Part shown: positions 27,688 through 42,269 of the stretch, piece after piece
How the letters are laid out: each line of letters begins with the position of its first letter
How positions within the stretch are numbered: position 1 is the stretch's first letter
Assembly: GCA_951406725.2 (NCBI GenBank)
Contig: OX597842.1
Coordinates: 4,030,001 to 4,094,000, forward strand
Length of the DNA: 64,000 nucleotides
Direction: 5' to 3'
DNA from: Octopus vulgaris
Lineage: Eukaryota
Made by a program: the position numbers and the translations under genes
Notes under the pieces: model-generated
What the model saw: only the letters and a program-made list of their open reading frames with translations
Told to the model about the DNA's origin: nothing
Databases searched by the model: none

Positions 27688-29555
27688 TATATATAAAATG
27701 TCAAGTTTACTCAGGTTGCCGCCATGTTGGTAGAGTATGGAGGACTGTTCTTTGTCGTCATTTTGTCTCAAATGTTTCATTTGGTCTTTCCACAATGCTC
27801 CTAGACGTCTCCCCTATGTACATCATGTTCTCGTCTTTACAAGCACCTTCTATGCATCTTATGCTGTAGACTACATTTCTAGTTCTACAGTTAAGGCCAG
27901 GGCTAATCCTATATTCCATGCAGTTTTCATTGAAGAAGAAGATGAAGAAGAAGAAGAAGAAGAAGAAGAAGAAGAGGAGGGTGAGAAAGGAGACAAGGGG
28001 AGAAGCGGGATAAGAAGAGGAGGAGGAGGAGGGTGATGGAGAGGAGAGGGGTGAGGGGTAGGAGGAGCAAACAAGAGGGTAGGAGGGGAAAAGGAAGGGG
28101 AGGAAGGGGAAGGAGAGGGGGAGAGAGACGAGTGGAGGAGAAGGCGGAGAAGAAGATTAAGGAGAAGGAGAAGAAGAAAAATAAGATGGCGGTGAGGTAG
28201 GAGTGGGAAAAGGAGAGGAGCGAGGTACTTTCTTACTCACACATCTATAGATATTTTTCAATATTTTTCTCCCCATAAACAAATTTTATAGAATGATGAT
28301 GTCAAAGTAACACACGACGCCGTGTTGCGTATGTGTGTGTATGTGTGTGTGTGTAAGAAAAGACACCTAAAACATCTTTGGTGCTCGTATTAATCTGTCA
28401 AATTTGTTCATGTTATTTTAAATTATTCAGGTTCAAGAGGGGTGTCCACAATATTTGCTTGTAACTTTGTAATTCTTTTGCATACAGATTTGAAATTTTG
28501 TCAGTGGATGCTTTATATACCACTGGTTTATAGTTATGTAATTTTAGCTGATCTTGCTGAGTAACTTTGACTTTTATGGGCAGGTAAACTTAATTAACAG
28601 GTGTAAAAGCAAAAACATTATGGATAAGCACTAAAATAGAAATTCTTAATGCATCTTACCTGTTTGATTTGTTACTAAAATTATCCCAAATGTCAACCAC
28701 CTGCAATTTTGCCACTCTTCATGATGAGATTCATTAATTTGAACTAATTAAAATACAGGTATAATCGGTACAAGATTTTATTCTTTCAGTACCTCTGTGT
28801 CGAATAATACCCTCCTCAAGCCACTTTTTTCCATAAAAGAAAAGTGGCAGGGGTGGAGGGGACCTCGAAGTTTCCCACCAAGGGAGTTTTGTTTCGAGGG
28901 TCTTTTTTTCCTTTTCCAGATTATTTTGCATACTTTCAATGAATGTGACATCGAAATCACGCGTAAATGGCTCCTTTTCCCAGAAAAGGAAAGATTTGGC
29001 TGCTATTTATTGCGTGCCCTACTACCATATAACAGTTATTTACGTTCACACCGACATATTTACCAACTTTTTTCTTTCCCTCTATTTTTTCCACTTTATG
29101 GAAGTCAATATTTTCTCTGTTGACATCCACCTCAGCGAGGTCTCGGGACAAGTGAAAACACATCAAACACTGTTCCCTCTTGACAGGACAAAGAAATTTC
29201 CCGCTGACTTTGCAAGCAGCAAGCGGGTGGATTTGGTTTCAATTCCAGGTAGGGCCAAACGAGGTTCTACAAGTTATTTATAATAATAAGTGATGTTATA
29301 TCGGGGTTGAAAGAATAACGCGTACATTATTAAATATGTTAAGACAATCTGAAGATAATAGGAACTTTTAAACGTTTACCAGTTTTTATGAAATTTTGGG
29401 GTTAATGGACTTGAGTTAACGGAAGCTAAATGTAACGGAAGTTAATTAGTCCGATTATGATTTTCAAAGTTAACTTAAAAGTCAAATCTTTAAAGAAAAT
29501 GTTAATTAATTCGTTAATTAAGAATTAACGGATTAATGGACTTTCGCCCAGCTCT

Positions 29556-29598
<43 letters not shown>

Positions 29599-29899
29599 TA
29601 TGCATTCACACAAAAACACACATACCCGGACACACACTCGTATACAGCTAATATCCATTACAAATGAGATAGCACTTCCACTACCTGTTGTGTCAGCATC
29701 GTTAAAATATCTACCTTCAGCCATGTTGTATTTGTCATTGTTGCTTGTTTCCGGCCCCCACATTTTGTTACCCCACCCACCCAATGTCAAACGAAACAAG
29801 ACACGAGAAATAAATGGTTAGTAGCAGACATTTTGGTCTTTGGTTATGAATTGCTCTATATTTTTTGGGTTTTTCGTACTGGTTTCTTTATGACTTGTT

Positions 29900-29954
<55 letters not shown>

Positions 29955-30095
29955 GTGTACGTGTATGTGTGCGTGTGCTGTTCTGTGTCCGCCGTTTCGG
30001 CTTCTTTTTGTGAAATGTCTGGTTGTATTTTTTCAAGTACAGACAAGCACACAGTTACGCACATACCGTTATATGCATCCATACACACACAGAGG

Positions 30096-30167
<72 letters not shown>

Positions 30168-30208
30168 TACATAAGCATGTGCATATACATATATATACAT
30201 ATACGTAA

Positions 30209-30271
<63 letters not shown>

Positions 30272-30292
30272 CATATATATACATATACGTAA

Positions 30293-30327
<35 letters not shown>

Positions 30328-30330
<3 letters not shown>

Positions 30331-31589
30331 TAATAAAATATATGCATATATATAAACATATATGTACGTACCTACCTCTACATGTACATATACACGCATA
30401 TATGTGTACAGGACACCAAAAAGACGTCGAACACATAGAGAGACGAAAAACATAGACACAAACCAAGGAACAAGACAGGCAAAAAAAGGAGATACAGGAC
30501 AATAAGCACAACGAAAAATCCCCTTCTTCAGTCGCTAAAGTTTCATCTACTAAACGTTTCGAAGGATAAAAGCGAGACGTATACTTCGAATGAAAAATTC
30601 CTTCCCTGCGAAAAGCAAATCAATTAAAATTCTGAGATCTTTTCGCAGAGGGGTAAAAAAAGCAAGACGGTAACGACAGTACAAACATATAAACAGTAAA
30701 AAATATATATATAAACAGTGGGAAAATAAATATATAACAGTGAGAGACAGGACAAGGAGAACAAGATAAGAAGGGCTGTTAACGCCAGACGAAAAAAGTA
30801 TTGCAAACGCTGGATTATAGTGGACGACGAAAGAGGAAGATGTCGACCAGTGGCCTTAGAAGGCGGGCGAGAAAGGACAGGATAGCAGTTACGACGGAAG
30901 TATCGTCGCAGATGGACGACGGGAATGGGGGAGGAGGAGCAAGAGGAAGAGAGAGAAGAAGGGGAATGGTGCGAGGAGACCATGAAGAACAGTGAGGGGG
31001 GAGAGAGAGGAAGAGACAAGTTAAGTGAGGGAAAAAAGACGAAAAAAGGGAATGGGAGAGAAAGAAAGAAAGATGCAGAGTCGCGTGAGAGTTAATATCA
31101 AGGCGAACTTGATAAACAGAACAATCTTACTTAATAGGGTGCGTGCGTTTAGTCGTATAATATGTTAATAAAATATATGCATATATATAAACATATATGT
31201 ACGTACCTACCTCTACATGTACATATACACGCATATATGTGTACAGGACACCAAAAAGACGTCGAACACATAGAGAGACGAAAAACATAGACACAAACTA
31301 AGGAACAAGACAGGCAAAAAAAAGGAGATACAGGACAATAAGCACAACGAAAAATCCCCTTCTTCAGTCGCTAAAGTTTCATCTACTAAACGTTTCGAAG
31401 GATAAAAGCGAGACGTATACTTCGAATGAAAAATTCCTTCCTGCGAAAAGCAAATCAATTAAAATTCTGAGATCTTTTCGCAGAGGGGTAAAAAAAGCAA
31501 GACGGTAACGACAGTACAAACATATAAACAGTAAAAAATATATATATAAACAGTGGAAAAATAAATATATAACAGTGAGAGACAGGACA
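30328..31589 (-). mobile_element. Two near-identical ~427-bp direct repeats (30328-30754, 31163-31589) around a ~410-bp spacer; pseudo-LTR/TRIM-like
   Basis: Only a few differences are visible between copies; flanked by TA microsatellites. Relatives at 8085-8310 and 46945-47300. Confidence 0.85.
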
Positions 31590-31713
31590 TACATATATAT
31601 ATGTAAGCATATATATATGTAAGTATATATGCATATAAGTATATATATATATATAAGTATATATATATATATATTTATATATAAGTGTATATATATGTAA
31701 ATATATATATATG

Positions 31714-31764
<51 letters not shown>

Positions 31765-31786
31765 GGGTACAGGACGTCACCAGCAT

Positions 31787-32073
31787 TAAACAACATGAAG
31801 TACGAAAACAAATGAGTTACATATGCAGATGACGAGAGAGAAATGGAAAACAGGACAAGTAACACAAAGAACGACAGTTGATCCCATAAATACCAAAATT
31901 TTATTTTGGATTTATGGTAGCAACTGTCTTCGAAGACTCATATTGTGGCTGAATGCTCAAAATGAAGAGTAGATAGACATCTGACAACTGATGAAGGGTC
32001 GTGCTTTGTGTTACTTGTCCTGTTTTCCATTTTTCTCTCGTTGTTTGCGTATTTTCGTACTCCATGTTGTTTA
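31787..32073. mobile_element. Fold-back element with internal hairpin and permuted hammerhead-like motif
   Basis: Arms ...ggaaaacaggacaagtaacacaaag and ctttgtgttacttgtcctgttttcc...; inner hairpin 31876-31926. Confidence 0.82.
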
Positions 32074-32091
32074 CTGTTCGTGTATAAGTGT

Positions 32092-32173
<82 letters not shown>

Positions 32174-32174
32174 G

Positions 32175-32241
<67 letters not shown>

Positions 32242-32951
32242 GGATGGATGGATAGATAGATGGATGGATAGATAGATATACATGTATATATATATGTGTG
32301 TATATGTAAGTTTATATGTGTGTGTGTGTATAGAAGAGACGGACAGAAGTAGTATAAAGCAAGGAGAGGGAGAAAAGCTGAGAGTGTGTGAGAAAGAAAT
32401 ATATATATAGAGAGAGAGAGAGAGGGGAGAGAGATTGTGCCTGAGAGAGGTAGAGAGACGTCATATGAAACAAGGAAAGAGGGAGACGCAGAGAGTGTGT
32501 GAGAAAGAAAGATATATTAAGAGTTACAGGAGAGAGATTGTGCGAGAGAGAGGTAGAGAGAAGTCTTATGAAAGGAGAGAGGGGGAAGCAGAGAATGTTT
32601 GCTTGTACATATATATTTATGCTTATTCATTCATACTCGTATATGTTACACGAAGATAGGTTTGTTTCGACACACAGACACACGCATGCTCGTATCCACA
32701 AATGCACATACATATGTCAATAAATGCACATACATATTTATGCGTTCGGGTGTGTATATGCATACAACTGTACACATAAATATTTAGATGTGACATTAAT
32801 ATACATTTTTATATCTCTAAATATATAAATATATATATATACACACGTGCGCGCGCATTGACTGATAAATGCACTCACACACACACACACTCATACACAC
32901 ACACACACACTCATATATATATGTGCATATATCTATCTATCTATCTATCTA

Positions 32952-33125
<174 letters not shown>

Positions 33126-33903
33126 CAACACCTACATAGGCAGGCTAACACATACCTATATACCCACAAATATATCTATATACATATACAATTTTGTGTT
33201 TATGCTTGAATATGGATGCGTATATAAGTCAATCGATGTTGTTATCGATACTGATATATTATAAATGTGTAATTATGTATGTTTTTATATCGATATGGGT
33301 TATTTTTTTTCTTCTACGAACATCTTTGTTCATTTTTCTACACACATATCTCAACACAAATCTATTGTTTCGCCATTGTTCTTCTTTATATAAAACCACG
33401 TCTCTAACCGATCACCTCCTTCTGTCTGCATTACATTTTATCTATCGGTTCGTGTCATCCAATTTTGTCGTCTGCATCGTCAAAATATTTAATAAACCAA
33501 CTAAAATCATAAATCTATACTTTCCACCATCGTTCTACAATTACTAACGCTCCAGCTCTCACTAACCATTGATCCTAATACTTTTGTTATATCATATCTT
33601 TGTTATGTTCTGTTTAACGTCTGCTTCCTCTCCATTTTTTTGTGTCCCTCGTATGTCTGTTATAGTTTATCAATAGTCTCGTCTGCTTCTCATCCATTGT
33701 GCCTTCTGCTTCTACTAACTCCCAAATGGCCCATGTTATATTTTGTCTATTTAACCTCTCTGCTTCTTTGTACATCGTGTCGTTTGTTCCAACCTAGCAG
33801 AAGTCCCTAGAGGGGTGTCAAAAATCACTTTACCATTTTTTTTTGTAGTGGGGTGAGTGTGTATGTATGTGTCTATATATATATATCACATTTAGGGTAA
33901 CCC

Positions 33904-33967
<64 letters not shown>

Positions 33968-33970
<3 letters not shown>

Positions 33971-34155
33971 TGTGATCACGTAACCGACCAGGGTATCAGA
34001 TGTTGCTACACATCACTGGTCACAATGCGCTTCGCATTGTTTTAGCCTTCGAATGACGCCACCCCGCTGGCAAAGCGAGCAGGCCTACAGAAGAAGGAGT
34101 GAGAGAAAGTTGCGGCGAAAGAGTACAGCAGGGATCACCACCACCCCCTGCCGGA
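33968..34155 (-). mobile_element. SINE-C 3' part with RTE-like tail
   Basis: Body matches 43255-43325 and 61182-61250. Confidence 0.8.
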
Positions 34156-34217
<62 letters not shown>

Positions 34218-34747
34218 CAGTCATTTTGACTGCGGCCACGCTGGAGCACCGCCTTAAAGGGGTTTTAGTCAAAGCAATCGACCCCAGGACTTATTCTGGA
34301 TCTAGTTAAACTGATTCACAAAATATGCCTTTGTTTAAAAGAAGTAAAAACAATCTGAAAATCGGCTATAATAATGTAGTTTTGTAGTCTTATTGCTATG
34401 AAGGTATGATGTTGTGGAGTAAAAAAAATGAAAGAAAGAGTTACAAAGGTTAAAAATCGAAAATACTGTGCATTTTTAGCCAATAGCGAGACAGGAATTT
34501 TCTGCGTTTAGCAGAGCGATGTCAACTTTAAGGATGTATTCTGTGAAATGTATAGGTTAGCGTCTGTAAAACGACCTGTAGATTTCTAAATAAACAGAAA
34601 TGCTTAATAGAATCAACATGTATCATCTTACTGTTTCCTTTGTGTCTTCATTGATAGTATGCTTTAATTACTTTTTCTTAATTTGCTATATTAATATAGC
34701 ATTATTAAATCTCAGAACGAGATGTAAACAGTAATCGCTCGACAATG

Positions 34748-35152
34748 TAAAGTATAATAGCCATCTCAATATGGCTAACCACAAAGAGGGGTGTTACTGT
34801 AGCTTTTAGCCCCAGGAGATCATCGTCTCCAGCTGGCTTTAGGCACCCTTTCTGTGCCCTTATGGTATTTGCAAAGGGAGGCCATCTCTTTCCCGTAAGC
34901 CTAAGTGATACGCACCGGACCGCGGTTTCGAGATTATTGTCTCTTATCAACGGGCGGTAATCACCGGATCACGATGAAAGACAAGGCCTGCAAATATATA
35001 AGAGAAAGGGATGGCCTCCCTTTGCAAATACCATAAGGGCACAGAAATTGTGTCTAAAGCCAGCTGGAGACGATGGTCTCCTGGGGCTAAATAACTACAG
35101 TAACCCCCACCCCCTTTGTGGTTAGCCAAATTGAGATGGCTATTATACTTTA
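34748..35152. mobile_element. ~400-bp fold-back element with a hammerhead in the loop
   Basis: Arms 34748-34893 and ~35003-35152 are highly complementary. Confidence 0.92.
34915..34953 (-). ncRNA. Minimal type I hammerhead ribozyme, U3:A8 core variant
   Basis: Reverse complement CCG UUGAUAA GAGA caauaa UCUC GAAA CCGCGG UC CGG; stem I extends via CGC/GCG and GUGAU/AUCAC. Confidence 0.8.
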
Positions 35153-37565
35153 TATGAATATATTTGTCTGCATATGATTACTTTATGCGAATTTCAGTAT
35201 AATGTATACCTGTCATGTATTCGTGTATATCATTAATATAATAGTGCGCGCGTGGGCGTGGGCGTGTGAAAAGGAGGTCTGTCTCCTAAACTCCAAAACT
35301 GAGTAACGTTTTCATGCTTGAATTTGTAAACTACGATAAGAATAACACTGGTCAACAAATAATAGATCTTTTCAATCTTACCGACATATATTTTAATCAT
35401 TTTTTTTTTTTTACTAAACACTTTGAAACTTCAGATACTGGTAGAATGTGTCACATAGAACAGGGTCTATTCTTAACGTTTTTGGCAAAATTTTGTATTT
35501 TAGAAGTTATTTCGTGTTAAAGTTGTCGTATTTGGGTAATTTTAACCAATCAGTGACGTGTATTCAGCTGAAGAAAATTACTGCTGCTGTTTGCGAACAA
35601 CTTCCGGGTCCACTCCCTAACAAAACCCTTCTTTAATAACAAGAGATATACCAGGGTTGATTTGAGGCTAAATAACAACAAAATTATTACTAAGACAGAC
35701 CAACGACGCAGCTTGTATGTGGTTGCATGACCTGCTAGAAAAAGTAGCCAAACTTTTTTTATATAAAGAATAGAAAAACCTCTATCCTGTGATATACACG
35801 TAGAGTCCATTATGTCTGGATAGAAAGACGGAATGGTCTTTGATCTGTTCAATCAGATCCGACTCGGGACTAAACAAGTGACGAAGGGAACGAGACGAGG
35901 CAACGAGTGAGCCTTCACCTGGTCGCTCGAGTTGCTAGAAAGAGCAGCCAAATCTTCCTGACAAAAAGAAAAATGAAATTTCCGTCTTCACGAAAAACAT
36001 ATAATGCAAGTTTATATTAGTTTATAATGTTCGCTTAAGAATTCATTACATCTAGAAAGGAATAAGACAATATGGTCATGGCTGGAACGCCTTTTCTCAC
36101 ATATCCATTACAATCAGAGCTATCCTGTGGTTAAAACAATATTCTTCACTGAATGATGAAGCAGCTAAAGTTAAAGTAAAGTTGAAAGAATAGAAGATAG
36201 CAAGTATCCATATTCCAGATATTGGAATTCCCTTATAAAATACTATAAACTAATATACGGAAAAATTGAAACAAAATACGCAAATGAAAAGAATTTATTG
36301 GTGTGAAGAATCCACTCAGAACAACGTGCGACACAGACACGGGTGAAATACATCACAGCGCGCAGTTGTCATGGTAACAAGCTGATAATGCCACGCTGTC
36401 TGTTGATTGGCTAAAATTACCCAAATTTCCCAACTTTAATTCCGAATAACATCAGATTCTTTAACTTATGAGATAAAGTAATTGGTTGATCGTAATCAAA
36501 ATTCAAAGTTGCATCAATACACCAAAATTTTAAGTAATCTGAGGAAATGAAACTAACCAGATCCCTAATTCTTTGTAAGCCTGGTACTTATGCTATCGTT
36601 CTCTTTTGCCGAACCGCTAAGTTACGGCAACATAAACACACTAACATCGGTTGTCAAACGACTGTTGGGGGATAGGGGCACCATCTTGAAGAATTTTAGT
36701 CGAATGAATCTACCCAAGTACTTAGTATTAGTTTGTAAATCTTGCTTCTTATTTTATCAATTTCTTTTGCCGAACCGCTAAGTACGGGCTTCTTTAAGTT
36801 TCCATCTACCAAATCTACTCACAAGGCTTTGGTCGGTCCTTGGCTACAGTGGGAAGACACTTGGTCAAGATGCCGTGCAGTGGGATTAAACTGAAGGCCA
36901 CAGGTCAGGAAGCAAGCTTCTTACCATACAACCAGCCGTGCCTATATGTATGATAATGTTATATAACTGTTAAAGTTGTTGTTCATCTGTTATATATATC
37001 TATTATACAGTAGTTGTTCATCTAACCAAACTGTTTTATTTCTATATTATCGCCTGCTTGAACCAACTAACCAAACATGACCCTGATGTCACTATCTTAC
37101 AGTTCATGTGTGTCGCCTGATCTTTTCTCTAGTCTGTCGTCTGTTTCAATCAAATATTTTTTGAAATGGAAACAACTAAACCTAAACGAAATAAACAAAA
37201 TGAACACATGAAACAGGAAAATAGAACAACAGACTGTCTAGCAGTCATGGAAAACTAAATAAAATATAACTCAATGATCATAACAAGAAACTAACACAAA
37301 AATACAAGAATTATGTCTGAAAGACAAAGACAGATAGTCATTTTTTTTACTGACAGTTTTAATTTAACAACGCCATATTGGTGCTTCATAGAACAATACT
37401 TCCCTCTAAACATTAACCAAAATTAATCATCCAAACACAATCTCGTTATTCATACCTCTAAAGCGAAGGCACTCAAAATTATTTTCCCACCGTACCCCTT
37501 CAACAAGTTCATGCACGTCGTATGAAGAATATGAAGTAAAATGGCGTGATATCATAGAATAGAGT

Positions 37566-37810
37566 GGAGGTACGTGCCTTAGCGATTAGGGTGTTGGACA
37601 CATGATCGTAAGATTATGGTTTCGATTCCTGGATTGGGCAATGCGTTGTGTTCTTGAACAAAACACTTCATTTCACGTTGCTCCAGTCTACTAAGCTGGT
37701 AAAAATGAGTAATCCAGCGACGAACTGATGTCCGGCCCAATGGAGTTTATATGTGCCACAGAATCCGGGAAAACAGCCCCAGGAGTCAATATGACTCGGA
37801 AAGCTTTATT
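37566..37810 (+). mobile_element. SINE-D copy
   Basis: tRNA-like head plus tgtgttcttgaacaaaacactt block. Confidence 0.8.
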
Positions 37811-38211
37811 CTTTATCCATAGAACAGACAATAGAATTGTATTATTTACATTTTATTCGATTTAAAGAGCTCAAATACTGCCATGGTTAACTTCCAGAGT
37901 CTATAAAGTACCAGTCCAGTACTGGTGAGGATATGACCGATTGTCAAAACTTTTCTTCTACAGTACCCCTCCATTATGTTGGCGTAACCTGTGAAGAACA
38001 TCGTGTAAATTTGTTGGAGACAACAGAGCAGACGATAGATATTAATTGAAAGAATTCAAATCACACTGGGATCAACTTAGCCTTTCATTCTGCCGAATAA
38101 GCACAAGTCAAATACTGGGGTGGATGTAATCGACGGTTGTTTCCCCAACAAAATTTCTAGCATTCTGCTTACAGGCATTTTTCCGGCTCTTCAAGCTAAG
38201 TTTTCTGCTAA

Positions 38212-38590
38212 TCTCTCTCTATATAAAGCTGAAGTTGTCTGTGTATGGCAGATTTGGTAACCTGCAACTAACACTCCTCCGAGACCCTGCGGCGCAAGTT
38301 GACCAAAATTGATAGTATGATAGAAGAAGGCTTGCTCTTCATTCCGTAGTAGAAAAAATTCAAATCGGACCATGTTAACACCAAAAATTATTTACATAAA
38401 AAAGGTGCTTTTTTTCTATGAAAATCCATATTTTTTGCGATTTTTTTACTGCTGTGTCACCATTTTTCGGTGTATTTCAACCAGAAAAATGTTCACTTAA
38501 AGAGAATAACAAGCTACATAATACAAAATTTTTACTTTTCAAAAATTCCAATTCTAAACAAACCCGAGCAATGCCGGGCGATACTGCTAG
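38212..38590 (+). mobile_element. Non-autonomous Helitron
   Basis: Starts TCTCTCTCTATATAAAGCTG and ends cccgagcaatgccgggcgatactgCTAG; termini match 27173-27687. Confidence 0.85.
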
Positions 38591-38612
38591 TATATATTTT
38601 TAAAGGTTTTTC

Positions 38613-38826
38613 AAGGTGGTGAGCAAGCAGAATCTTCACCGCGTCGGGCAAAACGTTTAATGACATTTCGTTCGTCTTTACGTTCTTTAGTTTAAATGCC
38701 ACCGACATCGTGTTTGCATTTTATCCTTTCTAGATCGATAAAATAGGTACCAGTTGAGCACTGGGGTTAATATAATCAACATCCCTTCTCCACCAAAATT
38801 ACTGGCCTTAAGCCAAAATTTAAAAT
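38613..38826 (+). mobile_element. Older SINE-B variant
   Basis: Diverged Meta-like core; tail ctggcctta..ccaaaattt as in 1628-1829. Confidence 0.7.
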
Positions 38827-38834
38827 TACTATAT

Positions 38835-39240
38835 TTCCATCCATTTTTGCCCACAACTCTTGAAAGCTTCGTGGGAGCAGAGTTTCCAGGCACCTCCTCC
38901 ATGGAGTCTTATCAGAAGCATCCACCAATACACATTCCGACTGGATTCCCAAGCGTGACCAACTGTGACTGTGGATATAATCCAACTGTCTTGTTCTCGG
39001 CCAACCCATAGGTCTCCTAACGGTTGTTAGGGTAAAGTCTTCAGGTTCCTCCTCAATAGGGTCCTAGACATTGCGGTTGGATTCCCCACAGTTACCAACT
39101 GAGTCTATGGCTATCATCCAACCATCTCGTTTTTGGTCGACTCATTGATGTCCTGCCAGTTGACTTAGCTTGAAGAATCCGTCTCATGATTTTTTTCCTG
39201 TGGTATTCTAATCACAAGTCCCAGCTGTAACCTCCCAAGG
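38835..39240 (-). mobile_element. RTE-clade LINE 3' fragment with internal duplication
   Basis: RPMGWPRTRQLDYI...WSRLGI....ASDKTPWRRCL (GRP..W.D...A.DR..WR pattern). Confidence 0.6.
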
Positions 39241-39950
39241 CAGAGAACTAACAGCTTAACCCGGAGACACTCCCTGATCTTCTAGGCAGCGAGGGTAGAG
39301 AACAACACACTTCCCCAAGGTGCCAGGCAGGTGGACTGAACCCAGAACCATGTGGTTGGGATACAAAAAAGCGCAGACACACACACACACATAGATATAT
39401 ATACATATATATATGACAGTTTTTTTTCAGATTCCGTCTACTAAATCCACGCACAAGGCTTTGGTCGGCCTAAGGCTATAGTAGAAGATACTTGCCCAAG
39501 ATGCCACACAGTGGGACTGAATCTGGAACCACGTGGTTGGAAAGCAAGCTTCTTACAACACAGCCATATTGACATTCGCTCATAAAGTATAAACCTAAGT
39601 CAATGTCATCATTTATCTCTCTAACTTCCGAGGTTTTTCCCCTCCAATTTGTAGTTTCCACCATATAACCATATCTATCATTACATCTATATTTTAGTTA
39701 ATGTCTACTGTTGTCTAGTCTTCCCTTCTGGTTATCGTCTGCTTCAACCAAATCATCTCAGACGTTCACTTACATCTCCATCATTGACCTACATCTTAAA
39801 TCTAACTATAGACCGCATATCTCCTCGCCATTCATCAATGTCCCTATATCTCTGTTATAGTTACATTTATCTGCCGTCTGGTCATCTTCCATTGTATCGC
39901 CAGCTCTTATCAACCTCACTAAGTATAACTGCACACATGAAAAGATAGAT

Positions 39951-40077
<127 letters not shown>

Positions 40078-40389
40078 CAGACATAATACATATATGTCTA
40101 GAAATGGATATATTAATAATATATCTATATATATATATATATGGAGAGAGAGAGAGAGAGAAAAAGTGTGTGTGTGAGTATGTGTTATTGTTTATGGTGT
40201 CTGATTTTCTCAAATTTGTTGCCTGCTTTCACCGAGTGACTAAGCATAACGCTGATATAACTTGAACAAAACGGTCTAACACCATAAGACATACTTATTA
40301 AACCCACCAAATAAGACAACATTCATACTTATATATATACGTATACATATATATATACGTATACGTACATGCATACACACACACATATG

Positions 40390-40443
<54 letters not shown>

Positions 40444-41153
40444 TCAGTTGTTATCTAGCTAACCTTTGTGGGGCTTTTTTCTGCATTTCGACGCCTCCTT
40501 GAACCGTCTAACCAACCATGTCACTGATATCACGCCTACAGTTCACCTATCGTATCGTCTAATCTCTTTTCTCTACCTTGTCGTCTGTTTCAATCAAATC
40601 TTATTTTTTGTTTCTTTAAAAACAAAAGTCAACAATCAAATCTAAAGAAAACGAACAAATTAAACAGACGAATTGAACAAGAGATTGTCTGGCGGTCATG
40701 GAATATAACTGAATACAAACTCAGTGATAGCAACAAGTAAGAAATAAAGAAAAACACAAGTGATTTCCGAAAAAGAAAGAGACTGCCATTTTTTCTCTTT
40801 TCTCGTTTTAAATCAAAACAGCCATATCTAAACTTGATATGAAGTATTCCTAAAGGACAGTCTATGAATTTTCATTCATTTTTTCCGACTAATCCTCATC
40901 GTGGTCGTCGTCATCGTCATCATCATCATCGTAGTCCGCATTGTCTTCGCTGTTACTGTTGTCGTTATGGCATCGTCAACGTCATCATTGTCCTTGTGTA
41001 AGCAGTTAAGATGGTATTTTTTTACTTTTACGTCTCTATTGTTTTATTGTCGAAAGAAAAAAACTTTTTGCAGATAGATAATCCTTGAATTCCTTTCTCG
41101 TTATTGTCAGTATATATGTATGTATGGGTGTTTGTGTGCGTATGTGTGAACAC

Positions 41154-41225
<72 letters not shown>

Positions 41226-42138
41226 TTGTACGTATAGGTATGTTCGTGGGTGGAAGTACGGATGTATGTTCTTCTTATACATATGAGTACGCAGATGCGT
41301 ATTTGGATATGTATATATGTATATGCAAATATTTATTCATGGGTGGATATAAGTATAGGTTTTATTTGTACGTATGAGTGCGCAGACATATATTTGAATA
41401 TGTATATATGTGTGCGCGAATGTTCCCTGATACAGTATATGAGAGTGTATTAATATTTATGAGTATATGCGGATGTGCGTGTGAGTGTGTGTGTTAGTGT
41501 ATAGACACTGCTGCCTGTACTGATTTGTCTGTAAGCCATGCGATGACAGACATACACTCTGCAATCTAGTGAATGTGTAGGGATGTGTCGGGGTGTATTC
41601 ATGTGTGTGTGCATGTGTGTGTGGGTTTTTATGTGGACTTGTGGGTTTGGGGTTGGATGTAGATGTGTATGTTTTACTTGTGCGGTGTGGTGGAGGTCGG
41701 GCGGCTCTCAACGGACCAACCATGAGGAAGACAATGATAATTTAAATTCAAATCCAATAGTTTATTTATGTCATAAGGAAAATTACTAACTGGAACCCGG
41801 ACAGACATATGTGCCACTTTGGATCCTAATGTAAGCGTTATTAATAATATTATGAATGATAATAATGATAACAATGATATTGACAACGATAATGATGCTA
41901 ACTTTAATGACACTTTAGAAATTAGTAGGAAGTAATATAATGTACTATTGACTATGTATATTTGCATCTAGGTACTAATATGTGTATGTTTATTATCACA
42001 ATATTAAGTTGAAAAACTGAAACATTGAATGTGGAACATATATATGTTTACTAATTTATATTATTTATTTACATTATTATGTATATGTATATTTTTATAT
42101 GTATAGGAGTGTGAGTATATGCACTCATATGTATATGT

Positions 42139-42269
42139 ATATCTCCGAAGAGGCCTTATGATATTTTTGTAAATGTCTCATTTATATCTATATATTGACC
42201 TACCATAAAAGGCTAATATTGGTAAAATGAGACATACTTATCTACATGGCCGAAACAGCTGTAAGATGT
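42139..42269 (+). ncRNA. Type I hammerhead with C4 variant and ~95-nt stem II insert
   Basis: AUAUCU CCGAAGA GGCC...GGCC GAAA CAGCUG UA AGAUGU; the insert has a tgtctcattt/aaatgagaca hairpin. Confidence 0.72.

Larger units (their letters stand above)
34298..36567. mobile_element. ~2.27-kb insertion with short TIRs splitting a minus-strand SINE-A (34215-34297 and 36568-36945)
   Basis: The SINE consensus ggacttattctttgtaagcc is broken, with attct on both sides. Ends are ggatctagtta and taaccagatcc. Confidence 0.65.

Noticed and set aside
28420-29555. Possible DNA-transposon remnants (TTAAC-rich end ...cgcccagctct)
   Set aside because: No paired terminus, TSD or transposase motif could be identified.
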